Below, one piece after another: positions 14,901 through 27,869 of a stretch of DNA of 64,000 nucleotides (the stretch's first letter is position 1; each line of letters starts with the position of its first letter). Origin of the DNA: Glaucostegus cemiculus (taxonomy: Eukaryota); the NCBI GenBank assembly GCA_976551045.1, contig CDPCPM010000011.1:2728001-2792000 (forward strand), read 5' to 3'. Both the position numbers and the translations under genes were made by a program. The notes beneath the pieces are model-generated. The model was given only the letters and a program-made list of their open reading frames with translations, was not told where the DNA came from and ran no database searches.

Positions 14901-16489
14901 CTATTCGTACTCCACATACTCAGTAAATTGTAAACAATATTACAAATCTTGCTGCTACTAAATAACTGATGTATGTAAGCTTTTTGGCTGAGTATAGAAT
15001 ATGGGTTCAACTGATCCGAAGCTTAATCCGTGGGCAGAATCTACCTACATGTGGCCAGTTATTAACTTTGATGCTAACAGAGTCTGACTAGTGGTTTATG
15101 TTGACGCCTAAGTACCTTGAAAGGACACAGCTAGGAGATGTAAGATTCTGGGAGGGATAAATTTGAACTAGCTGACGAAAACCAACTAGGAGTTTTCTGT
15201 GGTGCAAGAAAAATTCCATATATGTCTGTATCACTTCAGAAAAGTCCTGTGAGTTTCTGCAGTCATACTAACAAAGTTAATTTGTGTTCTAGGGAAGAGT
15301 AAAATGGTTTCAGTGGAACTATCTTTGGGAAGTTTGTCATATATGTAGGTTTAAGATGTTAGAGGAGCATCTTCCTTCTGGGGAATTAAAGGAATGTTAT
15401 TAAGGCAGCTTGTTAAAGCTACATTTTGGAAAACATGGATGCATTGGCAACATGGAACCATAATGGGAGTATTGGAATACTTGAGTTGGAGGCAGCCCCA
15501 TGCTATGTGTTTCCTTCAAGATTATTAAAATCGAACTTTCATTTTGTAACATATAAGAGCAGCTTATCTGTTCTTGGAAACCCTTTGTCCATAGATGTGC
15601 TATGAGGCTGCACCTCTTGAGCCATGCACCACAGTGAAGGATTTTCCTGGTTCTAATAAGCCTTTCTGTTTTGTAATGCACAAAGGACTCTGGTTTTGTG
15701 TAGATTCCTGCCCTTTTTCAGTGTGGGGGCCTCGTTAGAATGCGCGTGAAAGCCCTATATGTCATTCTGAATGTACGTCACTGATGAAAAGGCCAAAGGT
15801 TGACTGGTCAGGAAGTTCCTCTTTGTGTGTGGCTAAGATTTAGAACAGTGTGTGGTTCATACTGTTTTAAGCTTTGCACATATTGAAGTTCCCTGAAGTC
15901 TGTCCACGTTAATTCGTTTGAAGACTTGGCATTTTAATTCCTGTTCTGTTAACATTTAACCCTTTGTGTACTATATTCTTAAAATCTTTCTGAAAAAATG
16001 TAGTAAAATAGTATACGATTTCCTTTTACTTCACTAATAAACATGGCAAGAAACAATGGCATCATTAATAGTATAATCCTTATTACCTTTCACAATGAAG
16101 CTGTGATGTGCTATAGTACTGCACAATAACAATTTTAAAACAGCATTTCTTCCAAGGGAATTACTTAATGTCTTGTAGGGGTTTTCCACAGTAAAAGCCA
16201 CAGTAGCGGAAGTTTTATGTTTTCTGCATTCTAGTTATTTTCCTTTTTCCTTTTTATCTATCCCAAAATGTAATCCTGTAATTTTGATAGTATTTGAAAA
16301 CCTCCCTGCATATAACCCCATTAGATGAGCAAAGCAATGCAGAAAGTAACCGCTTCCCAAGTATGAATCTCTCCTTCCACAGACAAACTGGAAGTAACTT
16401 ATAACATTGGATCAACTAACACAAATGTTTGGAAATTCACTGCTTCAGGTTATGGCATTTAAACCAGCTTACTTTTATCTTGGTCCTGT

Positions 16490-16640
16490 GGTAGCAATTT
16501 CTGAGTCACGAGATTGTGGGTTCATGTTTCGCTCAGACTTGAGTGTTTTATATCAGTTGATTGTTCACTTGCAGAACTGAGGGAGTGCCTCATTGTTCAG
16601 AGATCTTGTCTGAAATCCTAAACTGAGGTCCACTTTTCCA
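16490..16640 (+). mobile_element. Deu-domain SINE (SacSINE1/AmnSINE-like) fragment; minus-strand copies at ~47270-47480 and ~48480-48780
   Basis: ggtagca...ctgagtcacgagattgtgggttca...gcagaactgagggagtgc...taaactgaggtcc. Confidence 0.6.
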
Positions 16641-17884
16641 ACTTAAAATTTGGGTGGTGGGGGTGGGGAAGAATTGGATACATAATATAAATGAAAACAA
16701 TTGCAGGGGAATGGGGAATGAGCCTGATTCTGGAACTAACTCGATACCATGTGCCCATTGGCTGCCTTCTGTGCTGTCATATTCTGAGTTTCCTGTTCCC
16801 AGATCTCCAGCAGGGATATGAGGGCAAAATACATGCACTAGTCCAGCTGGTGCACTTTGCTCTTTGGGGAATATTTTATATACTCCATGGTTACATTGGG
16901 AATTGAAATGCATATACGATTCCTAGTACCTTAAGCAAATGCTACATTATTTTTCTAAAAAGAAAAATTGAAGATGCTGCAACCTGACAGTCAAAGTTTT
17001 TAAATTATTGAACTATCAGAAGAGTTTGTCAGCAATAACAGTTCCCAAAGGAAGTAATGGAGAAAAAAATGGATGATAGGAAAATGCTGTATAAAAATGG
17101 AAATTAGAGAATTTTTTGTGATGTAAATGAAATTCCCTTGGAAGAAATGCTGTTTTAAAAATACTTGTTACTGTACAGTGTACTCTGCCACATCAGAGCT
17201 TCATTGTTACAACAGGACGCCTGTTAGTGTGCTAACTGCTACCACAGAAATAAAGAATTGATTTATAAGAAAGTGGCACTTTTATTACACCACAATAGAC
17301 TGAGCAGCTGGCCTGAAGTAAGATTTTTAGAAAATCAACTTGCTACCAAATTAATCCTCCTAGTTACACAAAGTAAACTCTTGTAGCTCTCTAGAGGCTG
17401 TTCAAAACTTTGCAAGCTAAATAAATTGCATATCATTGAGGGTTTGTTCAGATGAAATCAAGCTCTTTGTACACTACTATTTTATTCTATCTCTTAACAT
17501 GAAGGCTATAAATATGTTGAATGCTGAAATGAGTGTACTTATAGGCTAGAAGCTTGGCCTCTGAAGGCATGCAAGCACCATCTGTTTACTACAGCTTGTC
17601 TGCTGAGGTTGGGATGATCATAGTTCTGGGGTGTAGGCACTGTAACTTGAACAGTTTCCCATTATTTCTGAAAATTAACAGCACTCCAAAGGGTGTTTAT
17701 TGGACATGAAATACAACATTGCTGCAAGAAAAAATTGGTAGAGGTGTCAAGGCACTAATGTAGTCTCTCTTAACACAGTTTTCATTGGGTTGTCTCTGTT
17801 GTAGACCCAATGGTTAGAATCATGCATGCCTTATAAAGCAAACAAAATGATGAATTTCTGTGGACAGCAAATTTGAGGATATGA

Positions 17885-18260
17885 TGGAATCAAAGATCAG
17901 AATCAGTTTTATTGTCACTACTATGTACACATTCAGTATGCATAGGAGCGAAATACTGTACTCCACAGGTCAAGGTGCTCGTCATATTAAAAAAATAGAG
18001 AGACACAAAGACAGAGAGACACTAAAAACATTAGAACCACAAAATTAAATAGCACAACTTAAATAAATAATCTTAAAGTGAGCGTACTGGCAGCAGACAC
18101 GTAAAGTGCTGGTGCGTTTCTGTACACCTAGCATCCTTTAGTATTGGCGAGAGAGATGAGGGAGTTCACAGTTCTGATAGCTTGTGGGAAGAAGCTATTA
18201 CACAGTCTGGTAGTTCTTGCCTGGATGCACTGGTGTCTTCTTCCAGATGGCAAGAGTTTT
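17885..18260 (-). mobile_element. Rex1/Babar-type LINE 3' fragment
   Basis: atcagaatcagttttattg tail (reverse complement of the tail at 62778) and ctgatagcttgtgggaagaagct...tcttcttccagatggc. Confidence 0.65.
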
Positions 18261-18374
18261 GGTGAGTTTGTATAATAATGGTGTTCCCTGTATTTTTTTA
18301 AAATTGTCGCACACTGAAGATCATGTCCACTGTGTCTGTATAAATGAAATCCAAAATAAATGAAATAAATTCAG

Positions 18375-19215
18375 GGACTATCATTGCTTTATTCACTGAA
18401 ATGTAAGAGAAGATAGGCCTAGCACTCAATATCCACAAGACACAGGTTCTCCACCAAAGTTCCTACCCCTACTGCACAACACTTGCCTCCGACAATTAAG
18501 GTTCAGGGCAAGACCACGGAAAGCAAGAATCACTTCCATTCTCTGGAGAACCTCCTTTTCATGATGGTGGTAACAAAATTCAGTGAGGCAGCAAAGTGTT
18601 TGGTAGACGGAGGGAAAAGGGATTTGAAGTTCAAGGTATCAGACCTCGTACAAAACTTGTGGCTGCCTGGGTTGTAGTCATCCCTGCCCTTTGCGCCTCT
18701 GAGACCTGTACAATGCAGCAGCGTTTAAAGGAACTGTGTAGATTTCATCAGTTCTGTCTCTGCAAAATCCTTGAAATTCACCAGAAGGATAAGCAAGGCA
18801 AACATCTCCAGCATTGAACCCCTAATTGTATTCATTTGGTTCTGTTGGGCATGCCTTTATTTTCCAAGTTATGTTTTGGGATGAGGTAGGCTGAGGAAAT
18901 GGTCAAGGATGTACTCAGAGACCCTATGGGTGGAGTAAAAATCAGAATCCTTCACTGACTTGGGAATTCCTGGCTCATAACCAAAAGTGAGAAGGAATAT
19001 TGGGATAGTTTTGAGAAGCTGAAGTTAATGCATCAGGAGTGCACAAATGCCCTGTGGTTATGGCACAAAGAGCACACATCCTCACAAATGAATCGCTGAT
19101 TGCCCTGTCAGCACCTCCTGACCAATCTGTGGATCCCATATTAGTCACATCAGGAATCACAACACTAGAACGGAAGTAAGTCATCCACAAATCCAGCTAA
19201 CTACCCAGGAAGAAG
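18375..19215 (+). mobile_element. RTE-clade LINE 3' fragment; further RTE 3' tails at ~34415-34535 (-) and ~61015-61265 (+)
   Basis: Degenerate late-RT region (ggcctagcactcaatatccacaagac = GLALNIHK) and a shared tail ggagtggaagcaagtcatcct...aagaag. Confidence 0.7.
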
Positions 19216-19224
19216 CCCACACTG

Positions 19225-19890
19225 TTTGTTATATATGAATGACTTGGATGAGATTGTCTGTGGTCTGATGCATTTCCTGATGACACGGACATTGGTGGAG
19301 TTGTAGGTAGCGAGGATGGTTGCCTAAGGTTACAGCGGGACATAGATTAGCTGGAAAGTTGGGTGAAAGATGACAGATGGAATTTAATCCCCACCAGTAT
19401 GGGGTAATGCATTTTGGGTCATCTAATTTTGTCAGGACATATACAGTGGCTGGAGGAACCTTAGAAGCATTGATGTATAGAGGCAACTTAGAGAGAGTTC
19501 ATGGCTCCCTGAAAATGGTGACACAAGCGCATTGGGTAGTGGAGAAGGCATTAGGTTTGCTTGCCTTCAAAGATGGGTATTGAGTATAAGAGTTCGTATC
19601 ATGTTGCAGCTTGGAAAGTTTTGTGCAGTTCTGGTCACCATACTGTAGAACTGATGTGATAGTACAAAAAAAGTGAAGAGATTCAGCAGGATGTTGCCTG
19701 AAATGGCTGAATGATTGTATAGGCTGAGATTGTTTTCAGTGGAGTTCAGGAGGCAGAGGGGTAACCTCATGGAGGTTTATAACAATTATGCGGGCCATAG
19801 ATAGGCTAGATAGTCTTTTTCCAAGGATAGGGGAGTTTAAAACTAGAGGACAGAGGTTTAAGGTGAGAGAGGAAATATTTGAAGGAAGTA
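19225..19890 (+). mobile_element. CR1/HER1 LINE fragment
   Basis: cagatggaatttaatccc...gtaatgcattttggg; gtgcagttctggtcacc; aaaactagaggacagaggtttaaggtgaga. Confidence 0.8.
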
Positions 19891-22570
19891 TGAGTATTTG
19901 ACAGGTTTACTTTGAAAAGTTACAAATATTTTGTATTCATTACACAAACTCACTTTCTCTGCAGGAAGAAATGGTACATTCATACTCTAAATTTAGTGTT
20001 TATGCAGAGATATTTGGGAATCCTATCATCATTAATGTGTGTTATGGTGATTGGGTGTCAAGGCCCAAAAATGACTGAAATAAAACTACTATGTACAAAG
20101 CACCATGTTCTACTTTGCTCTGATATTTATGGAACTTGATTACAGATTCAGCTATCCTCACACTACTTTGATGAAAATATTGGAATTGTCAGTTTTGGAG
20201 TTGAGTCCTTTCTCAAATTTAGAAAATGTAATTGGCTGAAAGAGTATTTGTTGTCTGCTGGTGGTAAAATTATAAAGCAGTAGTCTAATAAAAATAGTAA
20301 AGTAAGAGAAGCTTTTGTAAAGATTTTTTTGAAACATTTTTTTTATTTTCTGCTTAAACAGTGTGGGGTTTTGACACCCAATATCTTTAACACATTTTCT
20401 GCATTGCAGTCCATGGATTCATTCACTAATGGTATTAACTTTGCTAAGCCTGCTGCACTGGAAATGTTTTTCCTTTCACTGAGTTTGGAATGCTGTTTTC
20501 TAACCAACAAGATTAAATATATACTTTAATGCATGTTTTGCATTAGAACTAACTGAAGGAGCTGATGAAAGCACAATAATAATTGTTGACAGCTTTAATC
20601 GTGAGGTGGTTTGTTCCAGGATGGAAATTCCTGTTTATCAGAAATGTAAAGAAGTACTTGTTTAAATTGTTTTAATCTTGTAGTGATATATGTCTCTTAA
20701 AGACCATTATGATACAGTTTTTGAAATTTGTTGTTGTATAAGGCAAGACTTCTAACTATAGGTTGAATTTTAATTCCTATTACTGTAACCTATTTGGATG
20801 TTATGGGTTTGGCTGTCCGAAAAGAAGGAATGTTTAATTGTTAAAGCGACTTTGCTTACAATAAAGCAGTGTCTTTATGTACATTTCTAGACAAGACCTT
20901 TATGTTGGGAAATGGGCTAAGATTACTTTTTTTCAAAGTGCATTGTTTAATACTGTACATTGTACAAAACTATCTGCAGAAGTAATTTTCTAATATTTAG
21001 AAAGTGGATTTGGATAGTAGAGTTATAACTGGTCAGTGCACAAGCTATGATGCTAGTCTGTGCCATGATTCTTCAAAAGTGGTGTTCCTGTGATTAAATC
21101 ATCTTGTCAGCAAGAGGAGAGCAGCAGGAAAGTCCTCCTTCCTGGCAGCTGGTTAAAGGATAATGTCCTCCTGATAACAAGTGATTTTCTTGCAGAGCAG
21201 AACAATTTTCAACATTAGAAATCAGCAGTGCAGTATTTTGAGAATAAACTGGAACTTGTTTATTTCCTTCAGTGTGCTAATATCAACAGGTCATAGGATG
21301 GTCACGGTAGATAAAGTCTTGATAATCCCTATCCTTTGACCCAAATTCTTGGCTGTATGTGCAAAGGCAAACCTTTAACAAACAACAAAACCTGTCTCTG
21401 AAACTGTCAGAAGTGGAATGAACTCCCTAGTGGTAGGTTGTGCTATGGCCCATTAGCCTGGTTTCTACTATACGTGTGGTCTTTAATGCTTATGAGCAAA
21501 TGAACTATCAGGAAATAGAAAACCATTTGTCTTCAATTTATGATTGCCAACCACTCAAAGTAAAATTGGAATTTGTGTTTCAGAAAACCAGCAGGCACAA
21601 AAAAGTTTGCTTTTTGAACACATCTGTCCCATGAAAGATGCACAGAGGAGTACAAATTTAGAATAAGTTCGTTAGTATTAAGTGTTGTTTAATTATGTTT
21701 TAAATATTCAGTAATAGAAATTCATGAAAATATTTTAAGCAATTTTCAGCAGCAAAGAGCATTCAGTGTTCCAATAAAGTTAAATATGACACAGTTAGTT
21801 CCAAACATTATATTTCAGTTTTTTTTTCGCATACCCATTCTTGTAGTGGTGTACAATGCCACCTATAGTTCATTTTAAGGGACTGTTAGTTGAGAGGCTG
21901 AATGAAATTTTCTAGTTATTCATGTGTTAATTAAATATTTTGATTGTGGAAAAAAAAGCATTGCATCATGCAGCTATATGTGCTTTTCATCCTATTCATC
22001 TGTGATTCTAATTTTTTTCAAAGTTATTAATTTGAACAGTCTCAGACCCAGTATCTTAATATTTTAACACTATATTTGGATCTATGTGCTCAGCTCAATT
22101 ATGACTGCTAACTTGACTTGGACAAGTTTCATGAAAGCCAGTGGAACATGGTACACATAGTATTTTATAGCTGAAGTAATCATTTTATAAAGAAAAATGA
22201 AAGGAATGCACACATTCTAATGTGTATATTGAATTGGGTTTGAAAAAATAATTTAGCTAAGCTGTCTAGAACTAATTTAAGGTCCGTGGTGAAATTTTAA
22301 AGGAGTAATTTCTGTAGGGTCACTTATGGACAATCTGAGGATTTAAACCTCAATCAAATTGAATGTAATTATGCTACTGCAGATATAACTGAAACTTGAA
22401 TTAAGAGAATTTAAAATCATTGAAGTTATCTAAGCATTGCCTAAATTTGTTTAATTTGGCTGCTAAATATATGCTTGTTAAGTACTAGTCAGTTTGGCAA
22501 TAATTGTTCAAGTCACTAAGAGTTTTTGAATGTGAAATAATGACTTATTTTTGGATTTCTGTATTCTTAG

Positions 22571-22726
22571 CTCAAAACATTGTAATTAAGGAACCAAATG
22601 ATGATAGAGACCGTCCAAAATTAGAGAAGGATGTTGTAGAGCAACCTCAGATAAAAGTCCCAATAGAGCCACATGAAGATAGAAATGATAAGGGCGAGGA
22701 AGTCCAGCTGGATCGCCCTGACCAAG
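22571..22726 (+). CDS. SLC38A10: SLC38A10 internal exon (start of the C-terminal tail), 156 bp, phase 1-1
   Basis: Acceptor ttcttag|CT and donor CAAG|gtacgg. Encodes AQNIVIKEPNDDRDRPKLEKDVVEQPQIKVP...EEVQLDRPDQG, matching recalled human AQDPVV...EEAQLDRPGQG. The transmembrane exons lie upstream of the window. Confidence 0.93.
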
Positions 22727-23157
22727 GTACGGCTAGATGTTCCCCTGTGGAAATTCATTTTGAACAGGACTTGAAGATTTTATTTATGATCTGATTGCTT
22801 AGATCTGCCTTCTGGCATCATGTGTTTTTTTATTCGTTTATTCTGTTTTTGTTCCAAACATTGTGCTAAAAACTTAATTTTCATGTGTCAAGGAGGAAAA
22901 CTGGAGGGGCTTAATTTCTATTTTTCCTTGTTATTTTGCAAGGCAGTTTCTGTTTTTGTTCTGAGTTGCACAGGGAATTTGCAAAAAGTGGCTTATCTCC
23001 CCTCCAGCTTTCCTCCCCAATATAGAGAAATGCCAAACTATGGAAGCTCCAGAGCGACTGCAATATTGCATCCATCCCACAGTCATTTTAAAAATAAGAC
23101 TAACTTTAAGGTATTGCTTCAGGAAAAAAGACCATAACCTACTAAAAGAGAATGTCT

Positions 23158-23305
23158 TCCAAAGACGTACGGGTTAGGAAGTTGTGGGCGTGCTCTGTCG
23201 GCACCAGAAGCGTGGCGACACTTGTGGGCTGCCCCCAGAACACTCTACACAAAAAGATATATTTCACTTGTGTGTTTCAATGTACATGTGACCAATAAAG
23301 ATATG
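23158..23305 (+). mobile_element. 5'-truncated SINE/LINE 3' end
   Basis: CpG-retaining ccaaagacgtacgggttagg...gtggcgacacttgtgggctgccccc...tttcacttgtgtgtttcaatgtacatgtgaccaataaag. Confidence 0.6.
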
Positions 23306-23996
23306 CCTTGAATATAACAAAGTTTTAATTAGTGTAATTAATGTTTATTCATACAAAATCAGAAATGAACCTTTTCAGGAGAAAAACCTTTTACTTGCAC
23401 TTATTAACCTTATTAAAAGTAACAGAATTTGGAGTTTAATATCACAAAGCAAACAACAAAAAAAATCCACCTGCAGACAATGATCAAACAAGCATAGTCA
23501 TAACTTATGAAGTAATATCTGCAGCATTTTGTTTTCAACTGAAGTGCACTTTTTTAGTTAAATGTAGAAAGCAAACAAAAACTTTTGGGGACATTAGTTT
23601 TGCCCATCTGCTATCTGATTTTAAAATTTACTGAGCAACACCACTGGATAGGGGACTTTGTGGGTTGATCAGCTCAAGATAGACAACTGTGCTGATGAGG
23701 TTTACTCTGAACTACTTGATAAACATTTTGTTGTATAGAAGTAACTAGACTGCTTGCTCTCGTCAACTGCAGTCAAGTTGATTATGATAGGAAGCAGAAA
23801 TGAAACGTACAGTACATAAGTCAACAGGTCTTAATTATATTGTTCTAACTCATAATTTGTTAGATGAGAAGCATATAATGAAAGGAGGTGGAGTATAGTG
23901 GAAAAAGATGCAACTTTTTTTTAAGTGACAGCTACTTAAAAAAAGATAAAATTACTAGGTGTAGTATTTGCATACAGCTTTTTTTTTTCTTTTCAG

Positions 23997-24470
23997 GAGT
24001 TGCTCATCCTGTCGGAGAAGCGCATCGACATGAACCACCCAACCCACATGATGAGGTTATTGTAGATGAAGGTATGGATGGTGATGAATCAAATGAAAAG
24101 AACCTACCAATGATGAAAGCTGAGCAGGCAAATGATGTCAAGCAGGAAGCCAAAATAAATGTTAAAGAAAAGGAGGTAAAAGAATCAAAAGAGGAAGCGA
24201 AAGTTAATCCTGTAGTAAAAGAACAGGGTGAAATAATTGGAAATGATATCAATAACCCTGGAAATGCTCCAGAAGTTAAATCAGAACAAAAGGAACAGCC
24301 AGCCAAGATGGAAGTGGAAATGAATGCAAAAGGTGCAGTGCCTCAAGCAGGTGTAGAAATACATCAACAAAAGATGGATAAACATGGCAAAATTCCTGGA
24401 AAAGATGATTCTGTGATTCATAATCAAGAAGGAATGGTAGAAAACATGAACAACAAAGATGCTAAAAATG
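23997..24470 (+). CDS. SLC38A10: SLC38A10 internal exon, 474 bp, phase 1-1
   Basis: Poly-T tract and ttcag| acceptor; donor AATG|gtaagc. Begins [26 protein letters not shown] (human [26 protein letters not shown]), followed by K/E-rich low-complexity sequence. Confidence 0.95.
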
Positions 24471-24499
24471 GTAAGCTGCATCTGGTCAGATCCATCTTA

Positions 24500-24915
24500 A
24501 ACCTTGGCAGGTTACTGCATTAGTTCCTGTAGACAATGTAAATTGTAGCCACAGTGCACTAAAGGGTAGGGATGGACTTGCATATCAAGTTCATTGGCAG
24601 AGGCATTGATCAGGTGATCTGCTTTGTCTGGAACGCTGCTTAATAATTTTTCTTATGTTTGCAACCAGCATGGAAGTGCAGAACTTGCCATCACACTTCT
24701 AAGCCATGCACATTTGTAGGAAAAGTTGTTGAGTAGACTCGGAAGAATCAAGTGGTGAGCTACTCATCCCAAAGAGTGTAACATCTGCATTGTTGCTTTA
24801 GCCATGATATTAATATGGCTTGTCTAATTCAGCTGGCTTCTGATTACCAGTGACCTTTCACTCCATATCCACCCACACATCCCAAATTTAATTGTAGGGA
24901 TTTGGCAGCGGTTGT
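24500..24915 (-). mobile_element. Decayed CR1-type LINE fragment
   Basis: gtagccacagtgcac...ctgctttgtc...ccatcacacttct...tttagccatgatattaatatggcttgtc; same family as the 44290-44570 fragment. Confidence 0.55.
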
Positions 24916-26811
24916 GCTGTTTCCACCTCCTTTCTCCTCACTACCATTCTCAGTTGATTTGCCAATTTATGAAAGGCTGGGAAAGACTAAGTAATGTAAA
25001 AAAGAATTGCAACATTCTATCTGTTGAGCTTCAGTTTTCCTGTTTGGACAGTTCAATTGAATTAATCCATTCATCTAATTGTTTCCTGCAGAAATTGGAC
25101 ATTTCCTCAATGACTGCTGATGCTTATTTTGGCCAAAAGTATTTTAATATCAGTTGGCCTGTTCACAAAAATGGTTTTGCATTTTAAGTTGCTGACATAA
25201 ATTTCTTCAATGCAGCTAACATCAGCAAAGCAGAACTCTTTAAGACCTGATTAATCTCCCTGTGGTCAGGGCAGAAACTGAAGTGAAGTTGGGGATAATA
25301 ATAAAATGTAACCAGCACTTATACGGATAATCTGTTAATAGGTGTCACAGCATTATCTCTGCCATTTTAGTGGTATAAGGCAGTCTTATTTCTTTAGAAT
25401 ATTCTGTACATTATTCATATATTCTGTGCCTGTCACCTGTTGAGGTCATCATTGATCTAATTTACTGGTCAAACAGCATAGAACCATTTTCTGTATTTCC
25501 ATCTTTTCCATTGAAACTTTACTGTGCTTTTCAGCGAAAAGACTTCCTGTAAACAGGTGCAGTGCCACTGCCATATAGGCAGTGTCATACCTAGCCCTTG
25601 CTCTTTGTGGGTACACTGTGGGAGAGTCACCAATATTCATTGACCGGCTGTCGACTGACAACAAGCAAGAACTACAGGCTAAATGAAATGTACAACTAAA
25701 ACTTGCAGATTGGGTTTAGATCTATTTGCACAGAATTTCATTGAATTTATGAAGGGCATTGAAGCCCTCTAGTGTCACAGAAACACGATTGCAATTACTG
25801 AACAAAGTAAATAACAGAAAAACACTGGTCTGGATTTTATGGAAAATGCCATTTCCCTGCTTAAATGTCACAAAGTGTGGGGCTTGTGGGTGAATTTTTT
25901 GAAGTCCTAAATTTGCAGATAGTTCCTTCCCTGCCATTGTAAGTTGGAGTCCTCCTGGAATCTAGCAAGGAGCACACATTTGTGAAGTTCCCCAGCACTC
26001 GCACTGGGGAAACTACTGACTCAACCTTTGCCAAATTGCACTTGGCACAGGAACAGTGGTCCCTCTCAGTTCATTGGAGAGGAACAGCTCTAAGGGTTAT
26101 TGGGTAATATTTTTTTGAACATGTTGAGGTTAATTAAGTGTTTTGATTGTGTTCTTGAATATTCAAGTGTGTTAGTTTCACTTTGTTTTTAAGTTTTGAT
26201 TGTTAGAAGTTTAAATGTTTTAGGATATCAGTAACATTTCTAAATGTCCAACAGGTTTTGCAGCCAGGTAGTTCAACATCTTGGTGTAGCCAGTTGTCAA
26301 GGTTGCTTTTCAAACAGTTTCATGAGTTTTAGTCCCCTGTTCTCTGACAATAGTATTTTGCATACAAAAACAAAATTCTGGAAAATCTGGTTGTTGGTCT
26401 GACAAAAGGTTGTAGACCTGAAATGTTGACTGTTTCTCTTTCCATGGACGCTGCCTGATTTGTTGGGCTTATCCAGCATTTTCTGTCTTTGATTGCCAGC
26501 TTCTGCATTTATTTTGATTTAGCATTTTGCACACACAATGCACTGTTTATTACACTGGTGAAGGGTGTTTTTGGAAAGGTGGTTTACATTACTAGATTGG
26601 CAAAAGATAACTTAGTAATATGTAGGCCCATAGCAACCATGGACAGCTGGCTGCTGCTAGGAAATTCTGTGCGTTTTTAACTAAATTTATGTTCTAGGTT
26701 AGTACACACTCAGTGTTTTATTCTTCGGCATTTGCATGTAACTTAGTTATAAAGAATTTTTTGTTTTCCCATTTTCTCTCCCCACCTCACATCCTACTCC
26801 TCCCCATAAAG

Positions 26812-26940
26812 GCAACAAGAAGGATTTGCCATCTTTGGAAAAGGTTGATGCAGCTGGAGAGGCACAGTTACACATCCGAGATGAGAGAGACAATGAAAAT
26901 GCAATTGTAGAAGGAAAGCAAGATGGAGAAGTAGCAGAGG
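26812..26940 (+). CDS. SLC38A10: SLC38A10 internal exon, 129 bp, phase 1-1 (poorly conserved linker)
   Basis: Long pyrimidine tract and aaag| acceptor; donor GAGG|gtgagt. Open in the frame required by its neighbours: GNKKDLPSLEKVDAAGEAQLHIRDERDNENAIVEGKQDGEVAE. Confidence 0.8.
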
Positions 26941-27869
26941 GTGAGTGGTGACAGGAAGTATACTGAGCTGTAAAGCTATTGGAAAGTTTTTGGTTCAAAA
27001 CAAATACCACTTTAAGCATTTCATTGGCCAGTGTCTTTGATGTTAAAAATCTATGACTGCACAGCCATTTTAAGGTTTTGAAATACTCAATGGTACAAAT
27101 GCAATTTTTTTCCTCACTAGTCCTTTGTATATTCTCCTGCCGCCTTTAGCCTTATCACTGTCTCCTCTCTCTCTCACACCTCTGATTCACCAACTTCTTT
27201 TTAACTTTTTAGAGTTAATTATAGAACATTGTTGTTCTGCTTCTTTAAAAACCTCTCCCACACCACCATAAATTGCTTAAGTTCATTGCTGCAAAGAAAA
27301 TTGTGACTTCTAAAAAAAAAAGTGCTGGTCTATAGCGATTTTACTTGCCCAGCAAACAGAATGCACAGTGCTGATCAATGCAGTACGTAGCTTTCTCTTT
27401 TTATGATTCATAACTCAACAGATCAGATTAAGAAATAAAACTGGAAAGCTTTGTGGTCTGAAAGTTGTACTCAGCAGAATTTACATATTAAATTATTTTG
27501 CACATTTGGTCATTTATCTCTCCAGTTTTATTCCCCACTTCGTTATCTAGTTTAAAATATTGAAAACCAGCTAGCAGTTAGATGACATTTCTTTCCTCCT
27601 TGTGGATCAACATCTGTAGTTTGCTCATTGTGAAAATGGAGAATTATAACGTGACCCCACTTTCTACCGCACTTTGAAAACTGAAATTTTAATGAACTCT
27701 GTATTGCTATATTTATAGACCTTGAATTAAATTCAGGTCTCTACATCAATCAATATGTTGATGTTTCTCCACTATTGGACCACCAGCTCTCAAAAATAAA
27801 ACACACAATAAAAGTGCCTTTGTAGTAATCTATAAAAGGGTACTGGAAAATAAGATGGAGGATTTTGTA

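Noticed and set aside
15781-15810. Hammerhead-like CTGATGA followed by GGCC-aaa-GGTT
   Set aside because: The required GAAA after stem II is missing (GACT) and no flanking stems are evident.
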